NCBI GenBank assembly: GCA_051294375.1
Contig: CM119267.1
Location: 4,633,885 to 4,697,884, forward strand
Length of the DNA stretch: 64,000 bases
Source of the DNA: Paraspadella gotoi
Taxonomy: Eukaryota > Animalia > Chaetognatha
Direction: 5' to 3'
How positions within the stretch are numbered: position 1 is the stretch's first letter; every line of letters starts with the position of its first letter. Below the pieces are notes generated by a model. That model saw nothing but the letters and a program-made list of their open reading frames with translations. It made no database searches and was not told where the DNA came from. Shown piece by piece: positions 1 to 12,600 of this stretch. The translations under genes and the position numbers were made by a program.

Positions 1-1807
1 GCCAACAAGGCGCTCCTCAAGGAACTCGAAGACGCGCTGCTCCACGAGTTGGCGACGTCGACGGGGAACATGCTGGACAACGTGGAGCTCGTAAAGACGC
101 TGGAGGAGACGAAGACGAAGGCCGCCGAGGTGAGGGGGATGTTGATGAAGGGGGCGGTGGAGGTGAGTTCGAAGGGTGATGGAGATGTTGAGGGATGATA
201 GGGAGCGGGAATATGATGATGATGATGATGATGATGATGTAGAAAAAGGCGGATATTCTAGCTTAAAAATATTCAGGACTTTTTTTTCCTAATCTATAAA
301 GATAAAAAAAAAGGATTTTTTTGTGTTCTACAAAAATATGATTTCGTTGGAATATATTTTACAATTTGTAAGCTGAACACATACAGAAAAAAAAACAAAT
401 ACGCATTTTGATATCCGGTGTGTGTAGAGATACAAAGCAAAGCATAATTTTTTTTCAAAAAAATATATTTTCATCCAAAAAGCTAACTAGAAAATGCCAT
501 TCATCCTAGTTCGCGAAATTTCAGCCATGCGATTTATTTTTTAAATTCGATGTTATATCGACAAGAGATTTCAACTAGTTAGCAAATTATCCAATGCAGT
601 ATTTGGAGAATAAAAAAAAAAATTGAGGTAATAACAGTAGCACGATTCCCGATCCTCATTTCTGACGGTATTTTTTTGTTGTTGTTGATGTTGTTTTGTT
701 TTGTTTCGTTGAAATTTTCTGTGTGAAACAGTCACGAAATCGTGAGTCGGATGAGAGATGAATCCATTTTCGTGAATTCCCTTCCCCTCACCGACTCGGC
801 AACTCTTCTCTTTATAAAATAAAAGGCAAGAGAAGACGGTCGCCCGAATCGGATCAGGGAAGAGACGTTTCCCCTTTTGACAAACATTCAGTATTATTTT
901 AAAATTTGCTTTGCTTTTTTTTTTCACGATTAGTTTTGTTTGTTTAGTAACTAGTAAACGAAATATATATACGCGTATTAATGTACGAATACGAATCACT
1001 TTTTCGGTGTCTTTGAATCTAACAAAACGTAGTTTGAAAAAGAAAATCTCTACGGACAACTATTATTATGTTTTTAAATAATAGTTTCTCGGCCTTGACT
1101 AATATATTTTTGCGACGTTTAAACGGCCGAAGAAACCAAAAAAAAAAAAAAACTAAAAAAAAGTCGCTTGCTCATTTGTTTTTCCCCTCAGTTCAAGCGA
1201 CGACCACCGGCGCCAGAGGGGGATAACCGTATCCCATCCCGTAGGGGAACATCCCCGCGTAGTGATACTTGTAGTAAGGGAACCTGGCGATAGAAGCGAG
1301 CCTGGCCCTCTCGGCGGCGGCGAGAGCCTCAAGCCTGGCGGCTTCGTCGGCGCGGGCCCGGTCCTCGGCCAGCTTGAGGGCGAGGGCGGCGTCGGCGGCC
1401 CGGCGCTCCTCCTCGGCCCTCAGGGCGGCGAGGCGGGCTTCTTCGGCGGCGCGAGCCTCGGCGGCGGCCTTGGCTGCGGCGGCGGCGGCGGCGGCGGCCG
1501 CCTGTTGGGCTGCTCTCAGCTCCTCGGCCTTTCGGATGGCCTCCATCCTCTCTGCTCCGCTCTTGGCGAGCGCCGCGCCCGCGCCTCCTGCTCCGCCTTG
1601 TACGCCGCCTCGGCGTGGGCGCGCGCCGCCGCCACCGCCTTCTCGCGCATGATGCGGATCTCGTCCTCCTTTTTCAAAGCCTGATTAGTATGGGGGGATG
1701 GATAGGTGATCCTTATCTTTTTATAGAGTTCTTTTTGTTTTTCTTTCATAATTTCTTTTTTTTTTCAATTTCTTTTCTTTTTCTCTGTTTGTACAACTTT
1801 CTTTCTT

Positions 1808-1840
<33 letters not shown>

Positions 1841-4800
1841 ATCTCTCTCTTTATCTCTCTTTCTCTCTCTTTCTTTCTTTATTTTTATCTTTCATTTTTT
1901 TCTTTTTTTCTTTCTCTCTTTATTTCTTTATTTCTTTCCTATCTTTCTTCCCCCTCTCCTCTTCTCTCACCTCCAGCTTTGCCTTTCTGTCGGCCTCCGC
2001 CTGCTTTTCGGCCTTGGCCTTGGCGGCCAAAGCCTTGGCGCTGTCCAAGTGCTCCTTGGCCTGTTTGGCCAAGTCGGCCACGTAGGCCGCCGCCGCTTCC
2101 GCCTCACCGGCGCTCTTTTCGGCCGCCGTCAGCGCCGACGCCGCGGGTTCCGGCGTCGGAACTGGTGACGCCTGGAAGAGGATTTTTTTTTTCTTTTAAT
2201 CTTTTTAAAACTTCTGTGAATTGGCTAAAATGTATTAGTATTTTTTGTTTGGTTAAAAAAAAACAATTATCCATATTTTTTATTTGATTGATTTGATTTT
2301 TTGATTGATTACTTGTCTAATTGACTGCCTGCTTGATTGCCTCACCGATCCATTGATTAAATAATTGTTCTGATTGATTGTCTCACCCGGATGGAACTGA
2401 TCGGGCTGCTGGGAACCCTGGCCAGTTCGAGATCCCTGAACCGCGCGGAAAGGGGTCCAAGTCCGTAGTAGGGGTACCCCAGCCCGTAGTGGTAGGGGTA
2501 GCCCCACCCTCTCAAGGCGGAGGGCCACTTGAAGGAATCGGGGCTGGTGAGAACGATTCTGTTTCGCGCCGATTTGCGGTTGAAGTCGGAAACCTTGAAG
2601 AACGATTGACTATTAATTAAACTTGATTAATGAAGCAGAATAGCGTTATAAAACGCGTCGTTTTAACTTTACAAACAAATATCAATTCGTGGATTTGTTT
2701 TGATTTAAATTTCTAACCTTCGTATTCCATTTGGATGTGTTAGGTGATGTAGAAAAGATTTCGAGCGTCAAGGGTGACTTCCTCTCCATCACTGTGCATC
2801 CCAACTGCAAAACGAGGCCGGAACAACAAATTAGCACACAGCTGCACACACGGATTTACGATTATCTCACGGATTTTTTTAATTTATAAAATTGGTGCAA
2901 CCTATAAATAAAAATCATTTATTCATCGATTTCCTCTAAATTAATCTGCTTTAAAATCCATTCTCTCAACACCGCCGCCGCCACCTGAGAGAAGGGCATG
3001 ATGGAACCGTCCTTGAACTCCCAGACGTTGTCCTTGTCGCTGGAGACTCCCGAAAAGATGATCTGGATACTCGGGTGATGCGCCCACTTTTGGAGGAGGA
3101 ACTCGCTGATGACTTTGTTGGCCTCGTGGGCGTTTTCGCAGAGAAAACTGGAGAGATGGATTTTGTGTGGGGAAGAGAGTTTTGTGTCGACATTTAAGGG
3201 AAATCGGATCGTCGTTAGCTTTTGATCAAATTGGCTAACTTAGGATCATAAATATTGGCGTTTGATTGCACCGTTAAATTTGGCGAGAATTATACCCATT
3301 AGTCTGATGAGGCTTATAATTTTATCTAAAAACATTTTATCGTGAAAAATGTCTGGGTGTTTAAACATCTTTTGTTCCCCTTTAATCCCGAGGATCATAT
3401 TATTCCCATTTCGGCTCAAATTCCGAATTAAATTATTTTTTATTTTGAAATATTAGCTTTTGGGTTAGGGATTTGGTAAGGGTTTGGGTTATTTAAAAAG
3501 ATTAAGGTTAAATATTTAGATTAAAATTAAGTCGAGGGATTAGTGAACAGAAATCGGTCACTTTCGGAATATAGTTCTCTTCTTTCTCCATTTTGACTTA
3601 CCCGTCATCCGCTGACCCGGTGAGTTTCATGTCCGCCCAGTCGAGTTCGGCCATCGTGTCCGAGTATTTGCCCGACGGCGCGGCGACGAAGAGGGTCGGC
3701 ACCGGGGACAAATAGGGCACGATGCGGAGCGGTCCCAGTCCGTGCCAAGGGTAGCCGCCGAAGTAGGGCGAGGTGTAGTACGGATAACCCAGGCCGTAGC
3801 GGCCATAGTAGTAGTGGGACAGCCACGATGTTGGACGAAGCCTCGACATTTTTACTGGCGAACTGAATAAATGAATACCGAGAAGAAAAAAAATTATCTT
3901 TTTAAGCCGAATTAGTTTTCGAATATTTTTCTTTGAAAACTTGTACTGAAAAATTTTCAGCCCCCTTTCTTACTTTTACTTTTACATTTTTTAGCGCTTA
4001 GGTATATGGCGAAGCGGTTTCGTCCTAAGTCTAAAAACTACTTTTTTTGAAATTGTTTAGCAAAACCCTAAGCCTGATAGTTAGATAGTTAGAAAATAAT
4101 TTTAGTACTTCAACAACTTGTAAACTAGTTTTTTCCGATGCGACGAAAAAGCAATGGAATAAAACTGCAAAATCTCGCCGAAAAAATCTTTGCGCAACTT
4201 GAATCTCCAAACGCTCGTCGCAGCAAAAAAAAAAACAAAACTTGTACCTTCTTTGCTGTGGAATAAAAAAAAAACTTGATGGATTCGACGATGTTTGCGG
4301 CAAGTGGACTGTCGTGTTCTGGCGTCGATGGACGGATCGGGTCCCCGACTCCTCTTTTATACTCCGGGCTGCAGGGGGGGGGGCGTCGACGACGACGACC
4401 CCGGCGACGTCTACGGCCTCTCATCGCCTCTTGCTGATGATGGAGTTGAATTCCCTCTCTTTACGTCGTTATCGTTTCGAGCGACGTCGGAACCACGAAA
4501 TTATGACTTTTGTAACCGCCGAAGTTAGGTTGGCGACGTTACCCTTTCCGGTTTTAGCAGCACGAAACTATCGCGGAGATTTCACAACCGCGAATGGTAG
4601 AATTGTAACAGCGTGAACCAAAAAATCCGGGAACCTTCGATTTCGACTATTAAAAAGCGGTATTGGGTACAGTAAACACGACAATAGAGTGCCTGGAACC
4701 GAACAGAGTTGATGGGAAGTTTTGTACTTGTACTTATCTAATACGTCCAGTTCAAATTTGAATTTTATAATCCTCAACATGGATCGAATTTCTCCTATAT

Positions 4801-4975
4801 AAATTTTGCGTGGGTTTTTTTTTTTAATTTTTCGATTTCACTGGATATTTATAGTTTAAAATTGTGATCATTCGAGATTTTTTTTTTTTTTTTTTTTAAT
4901 ATCGTGACAGACAACGATTAATTCGGAAAAGTTTTTCAATAAAACGAACGAGTCGCGGGATATCCGCCAACGTTG

Positions 4976-5010
<35 letters not shown>

Positions 5011-6250
5011 AGTCGATGGGATCATCGTCGGCGTCAATTTTGTTGTCATTGTCGACGTTTACGTCAGTGTCTGATACTGTCTAAGTGTCTATGATTGAAA
5101 GTCGGATTAGTTTTCAACATTTATTTCCCTTTGTCGGCATCAACGTCTTTGTCATTTTCGTCATTTGCTTTCAGCGTCCCTGTCAGCCTGATACCATTTT
5201 TTTTTCACACTTGATCATAATCTAAACAAAAAAAATCTTTTCATTTAAATTTAAATTTAAATACTTCCTACGTAACAATTAATTTTTATGTCTCGAATCC
5301 GTGAATTCGTGAGATCGTTAAAAGCGTGAAGGTCAGAGTTCTTTGTTGTTGTTGTCGTCGTCGTGATCTTCGGAGCGTCAATCACGTTGTGAACGGCGGC
5401 TTCACGACCGACGATTCACTCAGCGTGAGACAGTGAACGGGAAAACTTGTTTTTTCTTTTGGGTAAAACGTCTAATTAGAAAATTATGAACAATTTTGTC
5501 GTCGTCATTATTCATTTAACTATATATGTACTCTCGTTACAATGGGTTTTTTACTTTTTTTTTTACAATTAGCTTTTTTTAAAAAAAACTTTATTGAAAG
5601 AGGCGGTCGTTTAAGCTTGGCTTTTTTGTATCGTAAACATAGCCGCCTGTAGTTTTTCTTATTTTTTTTTTTTTTTATAGATATATTTTTATGTGAAACA
5701 TGCTATTACCGTCGACTTCGTTTTTTAACGAAACGAAATAATCTCATTTTTATAACATACTTTGTGACAAATTGCGTCTAGAAATCATTCAAAAATCGAA
5801 ATAACCTAAACCATCTCAAGTTAATCTCACTTTTAATAGTAACCAGATATTCCCTCCGCTTGCCAGTAGATATATTCTATCCTCGCTCGAGGCCGAACGA
5901 TTTAAAACCAAAATCGGTGATTCGAGATCTCGGAACGACATCACAGACTGTGACAGAGTAAAAGTAAATTTCGTGAGGGAGAAAGTGAAACATTCTCGAG
6001 GCTTTAATGCGACGAGAACATTCGAATTTCCACTCAAAAGTTTGATTTCGAGGACAGGAGCCAAAAGGACTTTGAATTTATGTTTTACTCCGACGAGAAA
6101 AAAAGGATGTAGTTCATTCACCCGGAGGTTCGAGTCGCTGTCGACAACTCACTCAACCCCTTTTGAAAACTTTCGAACGACCCGAACGTCTCTTTTCTGT
6201 CTCGGTCGTCATTCCCATTTTTGTAACTCTCTCTTTCTTCTCTATTTATT

Positions 6251-6286
<36 letters not shown>

Positions 6287-6311
6287 CTCTCTCTCTCTCT
6301 TTTTCTCTCTC

Positions 6312-6354
<43 letters not shown>

Positions 6355-6370
6355 TCTCTATTTATTTGTC

Positions 6371-6420
<50 letters not shown>

Positions 6421-6436
6421 CTCTATTTATTTGTCT

Positions 6437-6483
<47 letters not shown>

Positions 6484-6500
6484 CTCTATTTATTTGTCTT

Positions 6501-6559
<59 letters not shown>

Positions 6560-6575
6560 ATTTATTTGTCTTTGT

Positions 6576-6619
<44 letters not shown>

Positions 6620-9600
6620 CTCTTTCTCCCATCCATGTGCCAATTACTAATTTCTCATAATTTTACTGTGCTCTGTTCTACAGTTTGTATGCTTATTTTA
6701 TATTGTATTCTGCGTATTTTTTCTTGATGCAAATACTTTACCTGAAAAAAAAAAGTGCCCTTTCAATTTCAATTTCAATTTCCCCCTCATCACCTACCTC
6801 CCATCCCCCCCCTCTCTTCCACCCCCCTCCTCCCCCGGGCCAGGTGACGGAGAAACTGAAATTGGGCGCCAAGACGACGGCGGACATCGACAAACTGCGC
6901 GACGGTTATCGGGCGGCGGCCAGACGCGGCGCCATTCTCTTCTTCGTCCTGGCGGAAATGGCCAGCATCAATTCCATGTATCAGGTGATCCGAGGGCCTG
7001 CTCCTGTCAATTGAGAAGCCTGATTCTTATGGTCGCGGAGAGTTTAATCGGTGTCGTTGATGTCGCCAATAAGACAAGGGAATAAAAAAAAAAAAAACTC
7101 GCTGTTCTTTTGAGATTGATTTGATTTTTAAAATGAATGAGACTTGATTTGAATTTAATTTTATGTTTCTTGAAATTGAATTTAACCTGATTAGATTTAG
7201 AATCATTTGTTTCATTGATCTTATTATATTTTGACTGATTGATTGATTTCATTTATTTATCGACTGATTCCCGAACTTCTTTCCATTAATATGGGCGTGC
7301 CGAGTATTTAAAATTTGTGATGACCATTTTAATCGAATATTTTAACGATTTTCCTTTTCTGCCCAAAATCGATTCCAAAATTCTTTTTTCTCTCTCATCC
7401 GACTCGCCCTCCTACCAAATCTTCCCCGTCGGTGACCAAACAAACTCGTCATGAGGACGACGACGACGACGACGACGACGACGACTTCGAACGATGACGT
7501 TGGTGATGATAATGACCACGAAAGCCGTGGAAAAAAAAAACTGACGACTCTGACAAAGATGGTGATAAATAGCAAAATAGAAAATCTTACGAAGGATGAC
7601 AATGATATAAATGACGAGGACAAAGATGAGGATTTTGTCATTGCAATTGCCGACGAAAATGATGAGGATTAAAATCGTCGATTAATGATCGAAATCTCGT
7701 TAAAATTTCGGACACGATCGAAGGATGAATGTTGTCATAAAATCGATACACTTCGATCCGTTTTGATTTAAGAGCTTAGTTTATATCGAGATACCGAATA
7801 TATTCATATTAACTTCTTCAACATTAAAAGTTAACAATTACAACTAAAGTTGATCTAAAATACGTTTACGGTTGCCTATTCTCCTCCCTCTTGTTTAAGT
7901 ATTCGCTCGGATCCTACTTGGAAGTGTTCGAGTTTTCCTTGCGAAAGTCCCTTCCCGACACCATAGTGCAAAAAAGGTTGAAAAACATCATGGACACACT
8001 GACCCACAACGTCTACAATTATGGATGCACGGGTGCGTTAATTATTCTTACGAATTTCCTGGCTCTATTTTCCGAAAGAGTCACGTTCCTGTTCCGAATC
8101 CCTGAATTTAATTTTTTAATTTATCTAATTAATTTATCCAAAGCCTACTCAATAATCCTAACCTAATTTTATTGTTCAAGTCTTAACCCTGATCCCTAAC
8201 CTTATCTCTTAATCCAAAACTCTAATCCATAACAATAACTTTAACCAAACCCCTTACCTAACCTTAATCCCTAACCTAATTTTTATTCCTAACCCTTAAA
8301 ACCTAATTTTTTAAATTTAAAAACAAAACCCAAATCTGAATATAAGTTGAAACGGGGCGGTTCGGAAAAGATGACCCATTTCGGTTCGATCCAAATATCC
8401 TATTTTATATTTTTTTTCCTGCTTTATCATTATCACTATCGTTATCATTAAATCCCCACAATTTTCAGGAATATTCGAACGACACAAACTTTTGTTCTCT
8501 CTCCAAATTTCTCTCAAGTTGGAGAAGAACGAGAGAAACGTGACGCAGGAAGAAATTGACTTCTTCATCAAAGGAAACTTGTCGCTTGAGAAGAGCGTGA
8601 AGGTATAAATAGATATATCTATACTAGGCCATTTTGTCAAACATTCGTTCATATTTATTAATTTTATAAAGTGTCGAGCTTTGTTATTATCTTTGCCTGC
8701 CCAAAGTATTTCTAAAGCTTGTATTAATTTAATGTGCAAACGTTTATTCATTCCTCCGTTCAATTAATATCAAAAAGTCATAGTTTTATTTGCATACTTT
8801 TCGCTTGCTTGATTAATTGGTTGACTGATTAATTAATTTATGGATCTAATAGCTAGATTATTAACGGGCTTATAAAATGATTGATTTACTTGTTGCTGGA
8901 AATATTTATTTATTAATTCATTCATTCATTTTTAAAATATTTCTCATTTCATTCATTCATTTTTTCGCCCGCTCCTTGTCGAAATTGATTGTTCGCGCTT
9001 TTCCAGATGCGTCCCTGCCCGTGGATTCCCGAGCAAGGCTGGGAGGATCTCGTTCGACTCTCGGAATATTTTCCGGAGACGTTCTCGTCGTTGCTCGACG
9101 ACATCTCGAACCACGAGGCGGAGTGGAAAGCGTGGTTCGACTCGGACGCGCCCGAAGCCGCGCCTCTCCCCAGGAATTACGGGTGAGTCGGGTATGAGGT
9201 GAGTCTCTATGCCTTGAGAAGATGGACTCATTGAACTGTATGTTTGTCTGTATGTCCACAGATGTTAAGTATAAAAAGATCGCAGACTCATTGCTATTAT
9301 GCTAAATGCTAACGAAAAACATAAGGTTAAATTTGCAAATTTTCATAAAACCGTATCATATGAAACAAAGAGCGAGTTTCCTTTAAAAGAATGTCTTTAA
9401 TGAAAGTGAAGTACTTACAAGAAGGAGAAGCATCAAGAAGAAGATTTTGTTTCTTTCTGTCACGCAAAAAATACATAACTATTAAAAAAAAGAACAAGTC
9501 GCGACTGTATAAAGGCTGGAAAGCGTCCTAGTTTTTCTTATAAAAAAGCTGATAAGTTTTCCCTGGGTCTAAACATTAAACCCTACCAACAGAGACTCTA

Positions 9601-12600
9601 GCGACTTTTCCCAACTGATGCTGTTGCGCTGCTTCCGCGTGGATCGCGTCTTTCGCGCCATTTCCGATTACGTCACGAAACGCATGGGAGAAAAATACGT
9701 CATGCCGCCCGTCATTTCATTCGAGGTTCGGCGATGGTGAAGCGAGGAAATTAAACGTTAGAATATTGCTCCTGTAACTCTAAATTGTAAATTAATTATA
9801 TTGGTGATTAATATCGTTTTATGAGGAAAACGCATATTATTTTTATTTGAGCAATTAATTATTATTATAATTATAATTAATTATAAATTAGATTAAATCT
9901 CTAAAGTAAATCTTATTGTCGTGCTTTGAGAATTAATATATTTTTTCTCTGTTGCTGTGTAGTGTGTAATAGTATTACTAATACAACCATTCGATAATCT
10001 ATTAAAATCACATTAAATCCTAAATAAAACTATTAAACTTAATTTTTCTCAAGCTACAGAATAACAATTAATTCTCATTCAAAACCCGACAATATGGAAA
10101 TGAGATTTAATCTTTTAACCTACTTTTTTGTTTTCGATCGTCGTCCGGCCAGGCGATCTACGAACAGAGCACGCCGTTCTCGCCCATCGTTTTCATCCTG
10201 TCGCCGGGATCCGATCCGGCGTCGGAACTTCTCAAACTCGCCGAGACGACGGGATTCGGTGGGAACAAACTCAAGTTCTTGGCCATGGGGCAAGGTTAGA
10301 TCGTTGCGGGCTATTTTATCGCTTCTTGGATTAGTCATAGGAGAAATCACAAACTTACCCAAAAATAGTTACAAAATATGAAATACATTTGAAATGTTTA
10401 ATTTATTCTCATAAACTTCTCTTCACTCGCACAACCAATTAAACGTTCGCCAAAAAATAGGTCAAGAAAAGACGGCGCTGCAACTTCTGGAAACTGCGAT
10501 ATCCAGAGGCCATTGGCTTATGCTGCAGAACTGCCACCTGCTCGTCAAGTGGCTCAAGGAGCTTGAGAAGGTGCTGGAGAAACTGAGCAAGCCCTCGCCG
10601 GATTTTCGCCTTTGGCTCACCACGGATCCGACGCCCGCGTTTCCGATCGGGATTCTACAAAGGCGAGTTGACGATTTTTGTTATTAATCTCCCGAGTTTC
10701 CAAAGTTTCGATTTCCCCATCTCCCGTGATAGATCTTTAAAAGTCGTGACGGAACCACCCAACGGATTAAAACTGAATCTCAGATCGACTTACCATAAGA
10801 TTCAGCCCAACACGGTAAGCCTGAACGTTTTGTTTCTACTTTTTTGTTTTTATTTTTATAAATATTTGTTTTGTCTTTTATTTTCGTTTCTAGGTGTCAG
10901 AGTGTCCACATCAAGCCTTCCCTTCTTTGGTCTTCGTTTTATCTTTCTTCCACGCCGTAGTCCAAGTAAGAAAGAACAAATTTTGCATTGCAGAAATGCA
11001 GAAACTGTCACAAAAGGTGCATAAACCCTGATTTTCCGCAACCGACTTATTGCCTGATGTCCTCTCTAACAAGGAGCGACGCAAGTACGACAAGATCGGA
11101 TGGAACATCAGCTACGACTTCAACGACTCGGACTTTCGAGTCTGCATGCAAATCCTCAACACCTACTTGTCCAAGGCGCACGAGAACAGCGACCCGAAGA
11201 TTCCGTGGAACAGCTTGAAATATTTGATCGGAGAGGTGAGCACTAAGCAGTGAGCAGGATACTTATGAACTTTTGATAATTTATTTGTATTAGATGCATG
11301 TTCTTATTTTTTATATCTTTATTTATTCATTTTACATTATTATTTTATTTTCTTTTTGTTCCACCATGTCGAGATTCCGTACTACATATGTCGCACTATT
11401 TAGAAAGCTCTGATTACGAAAAAAAAAAATTAAAAAAACTCACGAGGAAAACTAACGAGTATTTTCGACTTTATTATAGGAAGTATCTGAGCAACCTGAG
11501 CCGATATCGAGATATATCTCCGATCGCTCCCCCCCCCCAAAACGTTCCCCTCACCCTCACTTACCCGACAGGTGATGTATGGCGGTCGCGTGATCGACGA
11601 CTTCGATCGTCGCGTCGTCAACACCTACATGGACGAGTACATGGGCGACTTCCTCTTCGACGCCTTCCAACCCTTTCACTTTTACGTCGACGAGGCCGTC
11701 GACTACAAGATCCCCGTCCCGACGGAAGGCCTCGGAGCCAAGGATCTTTTCGCGGGTGGGTTGTGGTAGAGAGGATGGTAGGGGTAGTGGTTGAAAGTCT
11801 GTTTTACACTAGTGATAGTTTAGTTCTAGTTCGACCTAGCGATATTGTTTTTTTTTTTTTTATGAATTGTGTCCACGGTATATTTAGATTGCTGCTTACA
11901 TTATATTTTTATTTTTCTAGTTTCTAGTTTTTTAATATTTTTTTTTCAATATTAATCCAAACAATCCTTTTATACGTGTTTTAGTTTATGAAGGTGAGTA
12001 CATAGATCTTGTTAAGTTTTATAGAAACTGTTGTTTGGTATTTGTTTGCGTTACACTTAAGATCGTGGATCACTTAAATAATATTTAAAATTTTTGGATT
12101 TTTGATAGCAACAAATATCGATTTGAAAAAATAATAAAAAAAGTCAAATTATGACATTATAACAAAATGAAAAAGATGCATTTCATAAGTATTTGGCAAA
12201 CAGCTTATTTGTGGAAATCTTTCCAAAAAAGAAATTGTCTATGATTTCGTGTTATGTGTGCTTTTGACACTTCTGCTATAATGAAGACTGGATATTACTG
12301 TTTCATACCCATATTTACATCTTGTTCTTATTACACTTTTACGCGCAAGGTCAAAAGATAAATTGTCCTTAGTTGTGTTAGAATATTATTACTACAAAAG
12401 TGATCCACTAAATTGGAATGCCTAATTCCCTAGAAAATTATTCTTTTGCAACATCTTTTCTGCACAGACTACATCGAGTCTCTGCCACTTGCTAATACTC
12501 CTGAAGTCTTTGGTCTTCACCCAAACGCCGAAATTGGACATTTCACTAAAGCCGCACGTGATGTGTGGCATCACATGGTAAGTTGAGTAAGCTGACGACG

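Noticed and set aside
2966-3193. Protamine-like Ser/Arg-rich ORF (MSTQNS...RWRRRC)
   Set aside because: It is an alternative frame of exon 3147-2985; the splice phases select the FLCENAHE... frame.
5973-6727. Long Leu/Ser or Glu/Arg ORFs, and a CRISPR-like periodic repeat
   Set aside because: The ORFs are translations of (CT)n. The 'spacers' are microsatellite, the context is eukaryotic and there are no cas genes.
7451-7672. Thr/Asp-rich ORF in a dynein intron
   Set aside because: Derived from GAC/GAT trinucleotide low complexity, with no splice or family support.
8150-8315. Telomere-like CCTAA/CCCTAA repeats (also ~3460-3540 on the other strand)
   Set aside because: Highly degenerate and short; not a true telomeric array.
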